Positions 47,901 through 57,114 of a stretch of 64,000 bases of DNA are shown in pieces (positions within the stretch are counted from its first letter, which is position 1; each line of letters begins with the position of its first letter). The DNA comes from a virus. The notes under the pieces were generated by a model. The model was not told where the DNA came from and did not search any database. It saw nothing but the letters and a program-made list of their open reading frames with translations. Location: the IMG/VR virus record IMGVR_UViG_3300007760_001422, positions 32,001-96,000 of that record; one strand, written 5' to 3'. The translations under genes were made by a program, and so were the position numbers.

Positions 47901-50900
47901 CGCCCCATGTTGGATTTTCCGTATTCGTATGTCTAAGTTGCACAGTGTCCCCAACATCATAATAAGTTTTTCCATTTGGGCTTTCCGCTGGAGGGAAAGA
48001 GCGTAAATTATATGTGTCTGCTTCTCCCAACATGGCCCTGTAGTCAGCGAGAAGATATTTTGAAGAGCGTACGGCTGCCATGGCAACTTCCTCGATGGTT
48101 TTGCCGCTTTTCATAGATGGCATATCGTCACCCTCTTCTGCTTGGCCTATTTTCCTAGTGGCCTTTCCCATACCTGATGCAACAACGCCGCCTGTTACAG
48201 ACGGGCCAACAATGCTGCCTTGGGCAATTGATTTTTTTTGACCCTGAATACTTGAGTTATAAGACATGGATACTGCGCCCATTACTGATTCTAGAACCAT
48301 GTCCAACATAAAATTCATTGGGGCCGGATTCGGCGGAAACAATTGACAATTGTCTGGTATGTCAAGCGGCTTATTAGCAAGATCCTGTAGCTCTTTAATA
48401 CGATCTCTCACCCTTTGTTTCTCTGGGCCTAAAATATCTTTTATCTCTTGTGGAGTTCCCTCTTTGAAAATTTGAGCTGTTTCTGCAGCTAAACACGCAT
48501 CGTTAACAGCTTCTGGCGGAAAAGCTTGTATCTGTTCACATATTTCAGTTTGCAGATATTTTGCAAATTCGCCAAAGAAATCATTAATTTTTTGCTTACT
48601 ATAAAAATATGGCTCAAACTGCGGATATTGAGCAATGATTATATTTTTAATCATTTTAAGTGTCGCCGGTGAGGCCTCCCCTTGTAACAATTCACACAAT
48701 TCTATAGGGCTTGTTGCAACAGCTATATCTTCCACCATATCTTGTACGGGCTCAATTCCGTGATCTTGAAATATTTGTGCCACTATTGGTTCACATTGGG
48801 GCCCGAGGGCCTCACACAAAGTTATATCTGGAAGTGCTTGATTTGCAAGATCGTTTTGTAGTTCCTTACACGCAAATAACAGGGCCTCCAATAGAGCCCT
48901 TATCGCTTCTGCAATTAGCTTGGTTATAATTTGCTTAAGCAATTGTTCCGCTCTCATAATTATATAGCCCATAATATCGCTCACTGAAAAGCTGGAGAAT
49001 AAATCAAATTTTAAGCTAATGCTTCCGGAAAGCAAGAATTTGAGCATCCCCAAAAGAGCCATTATAGTGTCTTTTGCGACTTTAAATTTTTTAATCAAGT
49101 GTCGACATAGCTCATCTTTTTGTACATCGGTTAATCCATCAATGGCATTCAGCAGCTGCAGCTTTGCCTTTTTGCTAGAACCCATGGAAATACGAGGAAC
49201 GCTCATTGCAGCTGCATTTTGTTTTATGACGGCATCGCCCGCTACGATTTCAAGTTCTGTGAGGGTGCCAACTGCGTCATCTAAAGCTTGTTCAATCGGC
49301 TCACCATCTTCAGTATAATTATAATCTTCACCAACTGGTCCGAAGGCGCCCTCTACATCAACGCCTATCTTATCCGCTTCTACCGCCCAGCTTTCAAGTT
49401 CGGAATTCCATTGTGAGGTCTTTACTGCCGCTAGTACTTCTTTTCTGAAGGAGTAATTGTTGATCAGATCAGTTTGTGAATCTGTTCGCATTTTGGCGCG
49501 TGATGCCTCAGCTTTGGCTCTGGCTGCTTTTGCATATGCAGTTTGCGTTTTTTTATGAATCTGTTCTAGCTCTGACACGCCGCCGGCGAGTGCATTTGCA
49601 TTTGCCAATATACTGCCCATCAGGCCGCCGGCACCGGACGCTGCATCCAAGGAATTCATGAATATGGCGAGGCTTTGACCGCCATCTGTTTTTTCCAACT
49701 CGTCTAGCACCGCCTCACAAGCCAGCCTCAATATCTCATCCCAAGAGAGAGCAAGGCCTAGGCATCTCAATAATTCATTTACAATCCCTGCTAAATCATA
49801 TTTGTGTAAAAATTGCTGAAAAACGTCATCTAGGCCACTCATTGTGTCTAAAATGTTTTCTATGTCTTTAATATACCCAAGCGTATCTTTTCGGCCGCGG
49901 GCCCTTTTTGCGAGGCCTCTTTTAAATTCTTTTTTTCTTATTACTACGTCTTCTTCGGCTTTTTGAGATTCTGTTTTTTCTGATTTAGAATCCATCTGCT
50001 TGATTAATTCATCCAGTTTACTGGTGTCTGTTTCTTTATGTGGTGCCTCTTTTGTTCGAAGGGAAATACGGACGCGGGGGACAGTTTTAATAAATAAAGC
50101 AACAAATGTTTGCCAAGATGTATCTTGAATTGCTGATTGGGTCGCAAAAAATCTTAAAATCATAAAATATGAATCTTTTATAAGCGCATTGGCTGTTCTG
50201 TCTTCGAATATATCACCCAAGCAGGATTCTCCTATCCTAAGTGCCACAACTTCACTTCCTGATATTTCACCCTTGGTTGTCATTCTCTCAAAAGACATAT
50301 ATTCGGTGGTTGCAGCATCTTTAATCATTTGCATGCGCACCTCGGAAGCTATAGGATCCAGATCATCACTTTCTTGGTTAATGGCTATATATTGCACTGT
50401 GTAGTTTTCGCGAAATCCAATTTCAATTAAATCATCTTTGTTTGCCCTCCACTCAAGACCATTTATTTTTAAATGATTCTTTAATTTGGCCTTGAATGCT
50501 TTCATATTTTTTACCTCGACATTCAAGTCAACAGGTGGTTTTAATACAACTTCCTTCTGTTCCTCTATTAATCCTTGGTAATAGCCCATTATCACTTGTA
50601 GCGCACCCACAATAACATCATATGTCTTAGTGTTAACAACACATGTATATTTTGCCCTAGGGAGTTCAGGCATTGGAGGTGCGGGTGGTGCAAATTTTTG
50701 CCAGCCCTCATGGGGTACCCTGATCAAAAGCCCTGCTAGCACAAGATTTTTATCATAATACCAATATTTTCTATTATTAAGATTTTTAATAATCTTCTTA
50801 AATTGTTCTTCGTTTTTTAAATAGGACTGATACATATTCAGATCTCTATCATAATAACTGTATAGAAGATATAAGCCCTTGGCTGCAAAATATGTTAATA

Positions 50901-51984
50901 GCTGATTACCATCAATTTCTTCCAGTTCATGTTCTTTTTCTAGAGCAAACCAGTCCATCAATCCATCTGGATCATTCGTACTAACATGTATACATATGTC
51001 GTTAGTTTTTGGATCTATGTATGGCTCGCACTCCGTTTTATTAACCCATGGCGGCAAAATTGTATTTTTTAAACCCGGTGGTTGAGGGGGCGGCTCTATG
51101 TCCTTTTCCTCTTCTTTTTTACATTTAATTCCAGCAACGTTGCCGGATTTCCCGACCATTTCAACCACGCAGCCCTTGTAATCACCTTGCCACTTTTCCT
51201 GAACTGCCTTCCATTCTTCTCCCGCATACCCCTCGAACCCGGGGCGCTCACTAGCCCAATCTATCACTGCGGCAGATGCCATTAGGTGCAACCATTCTTC
51301 ATACTGGGCGCCGGTCATTTTTTCGCCCTTCATATAGCCGCTTTTGATTTTGCCTTTTATTTTGTCATACGGGGCATCCTTGGCGGCGATGTCATATTCT
51401 GCGTTATAGATCTGACTGGCTTCATCCAGATCGAATCCGATGTCAGGCCATGGAATGGGATCCGGAAGCAGGATGTGATTTAAATATTTTACCTTTAATG
51501 ATTCTACGTAGGCAGCTGCCTCTTTCCACTTATCTTCTGAAAATGGGGGGCCGAAAACTTTTTGTTCCTCAAATTTTGTAGTATAATTTTTTGTTGTGTC
51601 TTTGGCAACAGTGATCAGGGTTTTAATTGGAGGCTTTTTGCCATCACCTGTAGGCTCTTTAAGAAACTCAACTTCGATTACATATTTCTGTAAATCGGAG
51701 ACAAGTCCAGCTTTTAATTTGAGCAAATACTCCGCCGGCGTTGGCCTGTTTTTTACTGGGATTTCTAGCCATTCTTCTACTTTGTCATGGAAAAACAAAG
51801 AGCCCTTATTGTTGTATGTAGTCTTGTTTATACCGGCAAACGGTTCTGGCTTTTGCACGATGTCATCGTGGAGTTTGCGCAAGGCACTATTTCCAGCCAT
51901 GCCGGGTGAAATTAGGTCGTGAAGGCCGGGGTTGTCTTTAACCGGCCATTTTTTACCTTTTCTATCTGTATAGACTAAAGCCAT
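44980..51984 (-). CDS. Very large hypothetical protein (2334 aa), baseplate/tail region
   Basis: Uninterrupted ORF with GGAG SD between the spike and gp25 genes; largely helical middle; no enzyme motif recognised. Confidence 0.75.
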   Translation of the reverse strand: MALVYTDRKGKKWPVKDNPGLHDLISPGMAGNSALRKLHDDIVQKPEPFAGINKTTYNNKGSLFFHDKVEEWLEIPVKNRPTPAEYLLKLKAGLVSDLQKYVIEVEFLKEPTGDGKKPPIKTLITVAKDTTKNYTTKFEEQKVFGPPFSEDKWKEAAAYVESLKVKYLNHILLPDPIPWPDIGFDLDEASQIYNAEYDIAAKDAPYDKIKGKIKSGYMKGEKMTGAQYEEWLHLMASAAVIDWASERPGFEGYAGEEWKAVQEKWQGDYKGCVVEMVGKSGNVAGIKCKKEEEKDIEPPPQPPGLKNTILPPWVNKTECEPYIDPKTNDICIHVSTNDPDGLMDWFALEKEHELEEIDGNQLLTYFAAKGLYLLYSYYDRDLNMYQSYLKNEEQFKKIIKNLNNRKYWYYDKNLVLAGLLIRVPHEGWQKFAPPAPPMPELPRAKYTCVVNTKTYDVIVGALQVIMGYYQGLIEEQKEVVLKPPVDLNVEVKNMKAFKAKLKNHLKINGLEWRANKDDLIEIGFRENYTVQYIAINQESDDLDPIASEVRMQMIKDAATTEYMSFERMTTKGEISGSEVVALRIGESCLGDIFEDRTANALIKDSYFMILRFFATQSAIQDTSWQTFVALFIKTVPRVRISLRTKEAPHKETDTSKLDELIKQMDSKSEKTESQKAEEDVVIRKKEFKRGLAKRARGRKDTLGYIKDIENILDTMSGLDDVFQQFLHKYDLAGIVNELLRCLGLALSWDEILRLACEAVLDELEKTDGGQSLAIFMNSLDAASGAGGLMGSILANANALAGGVSELEQIHKKTQTAYAKAARAKAEASRAKMRTDSQTDLINNYSFRKEVLAAVKTSQWNSELESWAVEADKIGVDVEGAFGPVGEDYNYTEDGEPIEQALDDAVGTLTELEIVAGDAVIKQNAAAMSVPRISMGSSKKAKLQLLNAIDGLTDVQKDELCRHLIKKFKVAKDTIMALLGMLKFLLSGSISLKFDLFSSFSVSDIMGYIIMRAEQLLKQIITKLIAEAIRALLEALLFACKELQNDLANQALPDITLCEALGPQCEPIVAQIFQDHGIEPVQDMVEDIAVATSPIELCELLQGEASPATLKMIKNIIIAQYPQFEPYFYSKQKINDFFGEFAKYLQTEICEQIQAFPPEAVNDACLAAETAQIFKEGTPQEIKDILGPEKQRVRDRIKELQDLANKPLDIPDNCQLFPPNPAPMNFMLDMVLESVMGAVSMSYNSSIQGQKKSIAQGSIVGPSVTGGVVASGMGKATRKIGQAEEGDDMPSMKSGKTIEEVAMAAVRSSKYLLADYRAMLGEADTYNLRSFPPAESPNGKTYYDVGDTVQLRHTNTENPTWGVRVSSPHYVMQNPWTDVENESIIYQYNDENISEKDNIGKNKLQEDFGEYIDNRLGQNLWMEVGGIDKGTTAIIDSFFGRPNSSFPGGAQDKNDFYTKLNLCMFGEVGQLIQKSPLFLARNFNKLDFLPGPTRQEEIDGCGPKSSFLNEEQIMDMMRDRYKKLNQYACDPETSELITKGDRDPVVQVVLEGLTLAIIRTAITETFFKCLPFLTEFGSYDIFKEDIVSDFVAEWIRRSVENAGNTFHGLHEVDEVMEVIGDSAISLLEFRNRERGVFETTSEPMEAIHQLANEETYAMIKSLEDELSTAFGTHRVFRGIEQAYYMHNRSYKVHDIPYMYFNPYMTIVGDGGIFTGYEQDTMHFWVTEGNGTPADESIGEIPGSAMDIYMPGGHELYSELEKRNGKLILEKYMRLEGVKAPIKELMQTTIDYPGNPTPGQFTPEAINHAWGSFASMEWTHSKDFWQMALLHTFIEYPVGLTGADPTAPNSGPVKLTANAELIKQARRGHPRDSAWSQIAETKVLKKMGLNYRGVVSVQKLHEIFSAVPDNELKVDSGWGLCSGTNLGTYDIKQDWLTKIKFTDLFNTCDWGLRLVYVLPEQNQPAELRSSAKSGFLATDEWESSLWGQYVDNDISFLEKSYYTKFMWNSTEKFEKEMKNFSKARRVTGGGGTVDFWMNEEMLSMHMYQFLNKNTTWTTPRQAHHNINESNVGNIHYAIPLDAEEQPIHDLDFNDFYTYGFEAFTNPKTGYCHAKYPINTLMHAMFVDQDTLRAKLLSDHIPLRKIAAAMMLHSISHFDSHAAFVGKFDNTKSLIFSLLRNYAFGDEYTYRDEVTTQNPKDMSDAAKDKHGLGFEIPIIPGMPPNLAAIFMATPWEILKGIATLIEGWECPDGEKRGACIDGMKPNWKRGPAPWFGTNGAWTQLGQVVWALDLALNYDIEDAIDNYIEDLFPDSDAKDTKDDDCEDEPKLIAPPNKD

Positions 51985-51992
51985 TATTGCTC

Positions 51993-53147
51993 CTAATTTG
52001 TATTATTGTGTTCACTGTTAAAATAACCATCTCCCCACGCCTCACAATAGTTGTTTTTCCAACCCAGCAAACCACCGGGTTTTGGCGATAATGAGGTGGG
52101 TTTGGGCATGCCCCTTAATACGAGAAGGTCTTTTTGTGTTTTTGTAAAATGATCTTTCATTGTCTGAACTCCAGAGATTACACATTCCATGCTTAAAGTT
52201 ACCGGAATGGCAAAAAACGGAGAAAAGTGCCAATGCTTTGCTACGTTCAAATTATACTTCATTTGGTAAAGGAAGCCGTCATGGACGACGCCGGCGAGCT
52301 TATCAATCAAGTTGGCTAGCTCTATTAGTGCTTTAGATAAATCATCACCCTTTGGGATTGGCTGCAGGCCTTCAGTCTTATTACCGGCAATAAGATCAAT
52401 GCCTCCCCCGGACAGAATTTCTGTGTCACCATTTTGTGAATTTTTTGCATCAACGGGGCCATAACCACCGTCTCCGCCGGCCGTAGTGATAATTTTTATT
52501 CCCTCTCTTCCTATGAGTCGAATTTGATCCGCTTTAATTCCAATCGCTGATCTTGGATAAGTGTTACCAACAAAGCCAGACGTTAACTTAAAGTTTTCAT
52601 CTATTTTGGTTTTCTGGCTTATATATATTCGGGCTGCGTCCTTTTCGAAATCAGGATCTGCATAAACGCGCTCGCCCTCTTCATTCACCCTCTGGGCGCT
52701 AGCGCCTTGCATGCCGACCACTATGTCAATGGCCGCGGCTTGGGTGTCTCCATCACCGCCATAACCAGAGGCGCGGCTTCTGGGACGATCACGGCCAAGG
52801 ACTATAAAAGTATTAGTCTGTTGACCGCCTTGACCAGTAATTACTTTCTCGTTTGGTGCGTCTATACGCTTGGGCATTGGTTCGGGCATTACATTGCCCG
52901 CAACACCGGGTTCATACTGCTCTTTGTGTAGCTCTTTCATCAGCCTGTCTCTTCCGAGATCTACGGCCTTTTTGTTGATCTGCACTCTAGTGTCTTTTAA
53001 CAGATCATCGAAAAAGCCCTCGCCGGAGCCTATTGTGTTGGCTAGTTTGGCATCTTCAATATCCGATTTGATCCTAGCTGCAACCTTTTTTATCTCTGCT
53101 AATCCTGTTACTTGCTGCAGATAATTTTCTTCTATTTCGTCGACCAT
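51993..53147 (-). CDS. Baseplate central spike-like protein (gp5 C-terminal/gpV-like)
   Basis: Short beta repeats (FIVLGRD, RIYISQK, IGIKADQIRLIGREGIKI) and a late HxH motif (KHWHF); follows the gp5 OB-fold gene. Confidence 0.65.
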   Translation of the reverse strand: MVDEIEENYLQQVTGLAEIKKVAARIKSDIEDAKLANTIGSGEGFFDDLLKDTRVQINKKAVDLGRDRLMKELHKEQYEPGVAGNVMPEPMPKRIDAPNEKVITGQGGQQTNTFIVLGRDRPRSRASGYGGDGDTQAAAIDIVVGMQGASAQRVNEEGERVYADPDFEKDAARIYISQKTKIDENFKLTSGFVGNTYPRSAIGIKADQIRLIGREGIKIITTAGGDGGYGPVDAKNSQNGDTEILSGGGIDLIAGNKTEGLQPIPKGDDLSKALIELANLIDKLAGVVHDGFLYQMKYNLNVAKHWHFSPFFAIPVTLSMECVISGVQTMKDHFTKTQKDLLVLRGMPKPTSLSPKPGGLLGWKNNYCEAWGDGYFNSEHNNTN

Positions 53148-53168
53148 GTTTCCCCTAATGTATTATTA

Positions 53169-56100
53169 CTATTTAGCATTTGGATGCAGTTTTGCTGCAG
53201 AAGCCCCGACATGACCTCTCACCAATGTCCACTCATTCCAATATGGCTTTGCCATCCTAGGACTAGCTAATCCTTTTTGAACTGCCTGTGCGGGAGGATA
53301 CATCAGTGTATATGGAACTTTGCTATTCTCCACCTTTCTTTGGCCACAACAATTCATTGAGTTTGCCTTTCCTTTTTTATTCCAACATTTTCTGGATCCT
53401 TTCTTCGGGCACTTATAACCAAACATCGCTATAGCTCGATCTCTTTTGATGGAATTATATTTCCAGCCGCCGCGTGGGCTCTTGGGCCTGTTAGCATTCC
53501 CAGCCCTCACCCAGCCTTTCCACCTGCCGAAGTAATTTGCCATAAATGCTCGTGGGTGACAACCGCACCTAATTCTAACACATGGTTGTCGTTTTTTACT
53601 GCCGCAATTACCCATCGCGTAATTAAGATCTGGAAAACCAATCCAACAGCCATCGGGAACTAGGTTACCGGCAGCGTCTTTTACATGGAGTAGAAATGCT
53701 GCGCATTTGCAGTCGCGGGCCTTAATTCTTCTTCTTGTGTATTTCTTGCCATTTTTTCTATAGTGTTTGGGCCATTTGCCGCCATATTTGGCGCAGCGTT
53801 TACACTTCCCGCCCTTGCTGCCCCATTTGCCGCCTCCTACATAGAGCCCTTTTTTCATGTTGGCGGCGTGGCCTAGGTTCTGTGCGTAATTTAGTTTGTG
53901 CCTATATCGACAAAGCACGTTTCTGCAGCCTCCTCCGCCTTGCTGGTGGAACAGATACATGATCAGTGGAGTGAAGGCGTGACCTTTACCAATAAGGCGC
54001 TGAGCCAAGCGAATCTTTTTGCACATTGTATGGGCCGTACGAAAAGCCTGCACATAAGGATTTAAAGCATGTTTTATATCTCTGATAAATAGAACAGAGT
54101 GATGTGGGGAGGATGGTGCCCCTTTATATTTTCTATAGCCCACCCATGATCGATTATTAAATTGCCATAAACCACTATAACCACCAGCATTAATACAATT
54201 AACTGTTCCATGAGATTCTATATAGGCCATGGTTTTAACATGAGCAACAAACTCTTCATATGGATAGGGATAGTGTTTTTCGTAAAATTTGCACGCCTTG
54301 GCAATGGCATCTTCGGCGGCAGGGACATACGTTTTCCGTCTTGTTCCCGCGGGATATTTAAACCCACTACCTAGATTGCCATAATCAACAAATCCGGTGC
54401 TGCCGGGGTGGCACGGATCATCAACTGGTGCAATCGGTGGTGTGGCTGCTTTAATCTTTTCTTCTATCTCTTTAATCCTTTTTGTCCACTTTTTCTTTGC
54501 CGTTGATAAAAGCTTTGCTTTTGCCTTGGCGGCATCCGCTGTCATTGCACCTTCCGAGTCGGGTGGCCATGGTTTATCCGGTGGCGCCGCGGAAGGTATT
54601 CCGGAGGCCTGTGTAGATAAGAAAAGATTAGTTATGGTTTTATCATCTGGAGGGTGTCCTTTTTTAAGCGGCCAACCATACTTTTTTATCTCTTTGTCAA
54701 CCATTCCAAGCTGTTCTTGCGCTTGTGCTAAAGTGTCTTCTAGTTTTTTCATAGCCTTATCGGCTTTTTCTTTTTCTTTTGCGGCTTTCTCGGCAGCGGC
54801 TTTGTCTGCCGCGGTCTTTTCCTCCTGCGATAACTTGGCGCCCTTGTTTTTGATCCACTCCAAATGTTTTGGTTGTTTCTCTACCGTTTCAAAAAATAAA
54901 CGAATTTTTTCTGCTTTTTCGGCTTCCGCTTTCTTCTCTGGTTGTTTTTGGACCAACTCTAGAAGCGCAGCTTTGAGTTTTTCATATTTTGCCTTCTGTG
55001 CAGCTACATCTTTCACAGAGACTCCGGCACCGAAGATATTGGTCATAGCAGCCTTGTGTACCAAGGCTATTTCATGAACTATGTAATTTGGCCACGCGAT
55101 TGAATCGTTGGTGGGTTTTTTCTTATCATTTTTTGTAAAATTCATCATTGACTCGGTTTTTAAAAGTTCCAATGCAGGGGTACCACCCAGCCCAGCGGGT
55201 TGCTGCTGGCCCAAAACACCTTTAGGCGGCGTATCAAATATCGAACCATATGTATCTGTAATTTTCTTATCAAGGAATTCTGTTGACCATATGGCTTCAA
55301 TCAAGCCACTAACTTTGTTAAATTCTTCTATGTATGTTAGTAGGGCTGCATTAACTTGCAAATTTGCAGGGTTTTCCACTTTGGGTGGAGGCAACTTTTG
55401 TGGCTTGAGGGACTTTACTCCACCTGCTTGCTTTGGCAGTGTTGATGTGCCTTGTTTTATTTTTCCGAGCATAAGGCGCGCAATGTTGTCGACCAAAATT
55501 TTGGCTGCCCACAAAGGGGCATGGGTTCCATCATAGGCAGTCTTGCTGGCAGTTGGATATCCCTTCATCAATTCAAACGGCTCAACGTAATAAACATTTT
55601 GACTAGCCATAGACACTAGATTTTTTCTAATAGACTTATTTCTGGCGCGGCGGCTGCCATTTTTATACCACGGTGATTTTGGATTAATTAAGACGCTCAT
55701 TTTGTCCCAGCCGGCGTCCGGGTTCTTCTTTAGATATCTTAAAATTCTTTTGGATCTGCTCGGATAAGATCTTGCATATCCGCCCTTCCATAAGCCAACT
55801 CTAACACACGGCGGACAGCCAGAAAAGATTATTGTGGCTGATGGGCATAATCTTTTTATTTTGGTGCATAAAAGAGCAGCGTGTTTGCCGGCCAAGGACG
55901 CTTTTGGGCCGTTGCCGCCAAGGGTTATCATAACAAGGCCAACATTTCTAGTCAAGTGTTTTTTGATCATTGTCCAGCCATGACCTGTTGCGAAGAATGT
56001 AACGTCCTTGCCTCCCCAACATGTTACACCGCGTTGAATTTGTTCTTGCAGCGATTGCTTCGCTGCTTCCGCTTTCCCAACCTTTTTCTTTAATTTTTTG

Positions 56101-57110
56101 TAAGTCTGCCTATATCTAGAGCCTTTTCTTACTACATTGGTATACCCCAAGTCTTTCGCGAACTTTTTAAAATAGGCACCTATGGCCCCTTTAGCTTGGC
56201 TGTCACCCATTATAATGGCCTTTGCGTGGGTGCCTCTTGGTTGCAGCGAAACGCCGACGTGAGTTGGGTTGGCATTAACGCCGGCCAGTGCGTTGCTGCT
56301 ATTATTGTTTTTCTTAAGTGTTCCGTCGACACAATCACCATTATCAAAATTGTTGCCGGCTCCGCCCGGGCCGCCGGGTCCGCCTTGAGTATGCACGGCA
56401 GGCTCTGTACTGTTAACCATGCTCACGTATATTGGGCCGCTCCAGTTGTGCTTGTCTGTATAGTCAACCCATACCAAGTCCCCGGGCTTTGGTTCCTCTA
56501 GGGTGTCCGTTTGTGCAATAAAAGTATCGTGCATATCAATTATTGGTTGGTGGGGTCCGGGAGTATGGCTCCCGTCGTCCAGTGCCGATGGTTCAGCTAT
56601 GTGCGAATGCAACTCTGGTATTCTTACTTTGATTTCAACAAAGACCGGATTATCTGATACTAGTGCAGCTACGGAACTGATCATCTTACCCAACCACGAA
56701 GTGCCTTGATTTGAGCCGCCGGCTGGTTTTTTGCCCGATTTACCCACGTCAACACGGAGCACAACACCAACATATGGGCCCGAGCCTTTCAGTGAATCTG
56801 ACTTGTATTGGTCTTCTGCTGATGATTTAGTGGCAGAAAAGAATGAATCTAATTTTGGATCAAAAGAGCGATATACTTGTGGCGGTTCAAGATTATTCAA
56901 AGAACCATATGGCCAACTAGGGCCGGCAGTCGTGGCTGTTTGGTTTTGGGGGGCGCCCGTGGTGGCCGGTTTTTTTGATTTTCCCTCTGTTTTTGTTGCA
57001 GCATCCTTTGGGGTTGCCGGTGTTTTGGGTGGCTTCGAAGGTGGTGGTGGCTTTGTCGCTGCAGGTTTTGTTGCGGGGGGCTTCCCGGGCACTATTGGCT
57101 TTGCTCCCAT
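53169..57110 (-). CDS. Baseplate hub gp5-like protein with SGNH hydrolase and lytic transglycosylase-like domains
   Basis: OB-fold-like GVVLRVD...IKVRIPEL...PKPGDLVWVDY; SGNH blocks IMGDSQ, ITLGGNG, DGTH; lysozyme-fold motifs YIESHG, YSGLWQF, YLFHQQG. Confidence 0.75.
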   Translation of the reverse strand: MGAKPIVPGKPPATKPAATKPPPPSKPPKTPATPKDAATKTEGKSKKPATTGAPQNQTATTAGPSWPYGSLNNLEPPQVYRSFDPKLDSFFSATKSSAEDQYKSDSLKGSGPYVGVVLRVDVGKSGKKPAGGSNQGTSWLGKMISSVAALVSDNPVFVEIKVRIPELHSHIAEPSALDDGSHTPGPHQPIIDMHDTFIAQTDTLEEPKPGDLVWVDYTDKHNWSGPIYVSMVNSTEPAVHTQGGPGGPGGAGNNFDNGDCVDGTLKKNNNSSNALAGVNANPTHVGVSLQPRGTHAKAIIMGDSQAKGAIGAYFKKFAKDLGYTNVVRKGSRYRQTYKKLKKKVGKAEAAKQSLQEQIQRGVTCWGGKDVTFFATGHGWTMIKKHLTRNVGLVMITLGGNGPKASLAGKHAALLCTKIKRLCPSATIIFSGCPPCVRVGLWKGGYARSYPSRSKRILRYLKKNPDAGWDKMSVLINPKSPWYKNGSRRARNKSIRKNLVSMASQNVYYVEPFELMKGYPTASKTAYDGTHAPLWAAKILVDNIARLMLGKIKQGTSTLPKQAGGVKSLKPQKLPPPKVENPANLQVNAALLTYIEEFNKVSGLIEAIWSTEFLDKKITDTYGSIFDTPPKGVLGQQQPAGLGGTPALELLKTESMMNFTKNDKKKPTNDSIAWPNYIVHEIALVHKAAMTNIFGAGVSVKDVAAQKAKYEKLKAALLELVQKQPEKKAEAEKAEKIRLFFETVEKQPKHLEWIKNKGAKLSQEEKTAADKAAAEKAAKEKEKADKAMKKLEDTLAQAQEQLGMVDKEIKKYGWPLKKGHPPDDKTITNLFLSTQASGIPSAAPPDKPWPPDSEGAMTADAAKAKAKLLSTAKKKWTKRIKEIEEKIKAATPPIAPVDDPCHPGSTGFVDYGNLGSGFKYPAGTRRKTYVPAAEDAIAKACKFYEKHYPYPYEEFVAHVKTMAYIESHGTVNCINAGGYSGLWQFNNRSWVGYRKYKGAPSSPHHSVLFIRDIKHALNPYVQAFRTAHTMCKKIRLAQRLIGKGHAFTPLIMYLFHQQGGGGCRNVLCRYRHKLNYAQNLGHAANMKKGLYVGGGKWGSKGGKCKRCAKYGGKWPKHYRKNGKKYTRRRIKARDCKCAAFLLHVKDAAGNLVPDGCWIGFPDLNYAMGNCGSKKRQPCVRIRCGCHPRAFMANYFGRWKGWVRAGNANRPKSPRGGWKYNSIKRDRAIAMFGYKCPKKGSRKCWNKKGKANSMNCCGQRKVENSKVPYTLMYPPAQAVQKGLASPRMAKPYWNEWTLVRGHVGASAAKLHPNAK

Positions 57111-57114
57111 GGTA

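Noticed and set aside
53168-53175. ACTATTTA motif on the plus strand at the end of the 1313-aa gene
   Set aside because: Wrong orientation for any credible gene, and explained by the ...GCT AAA TAG coding end.
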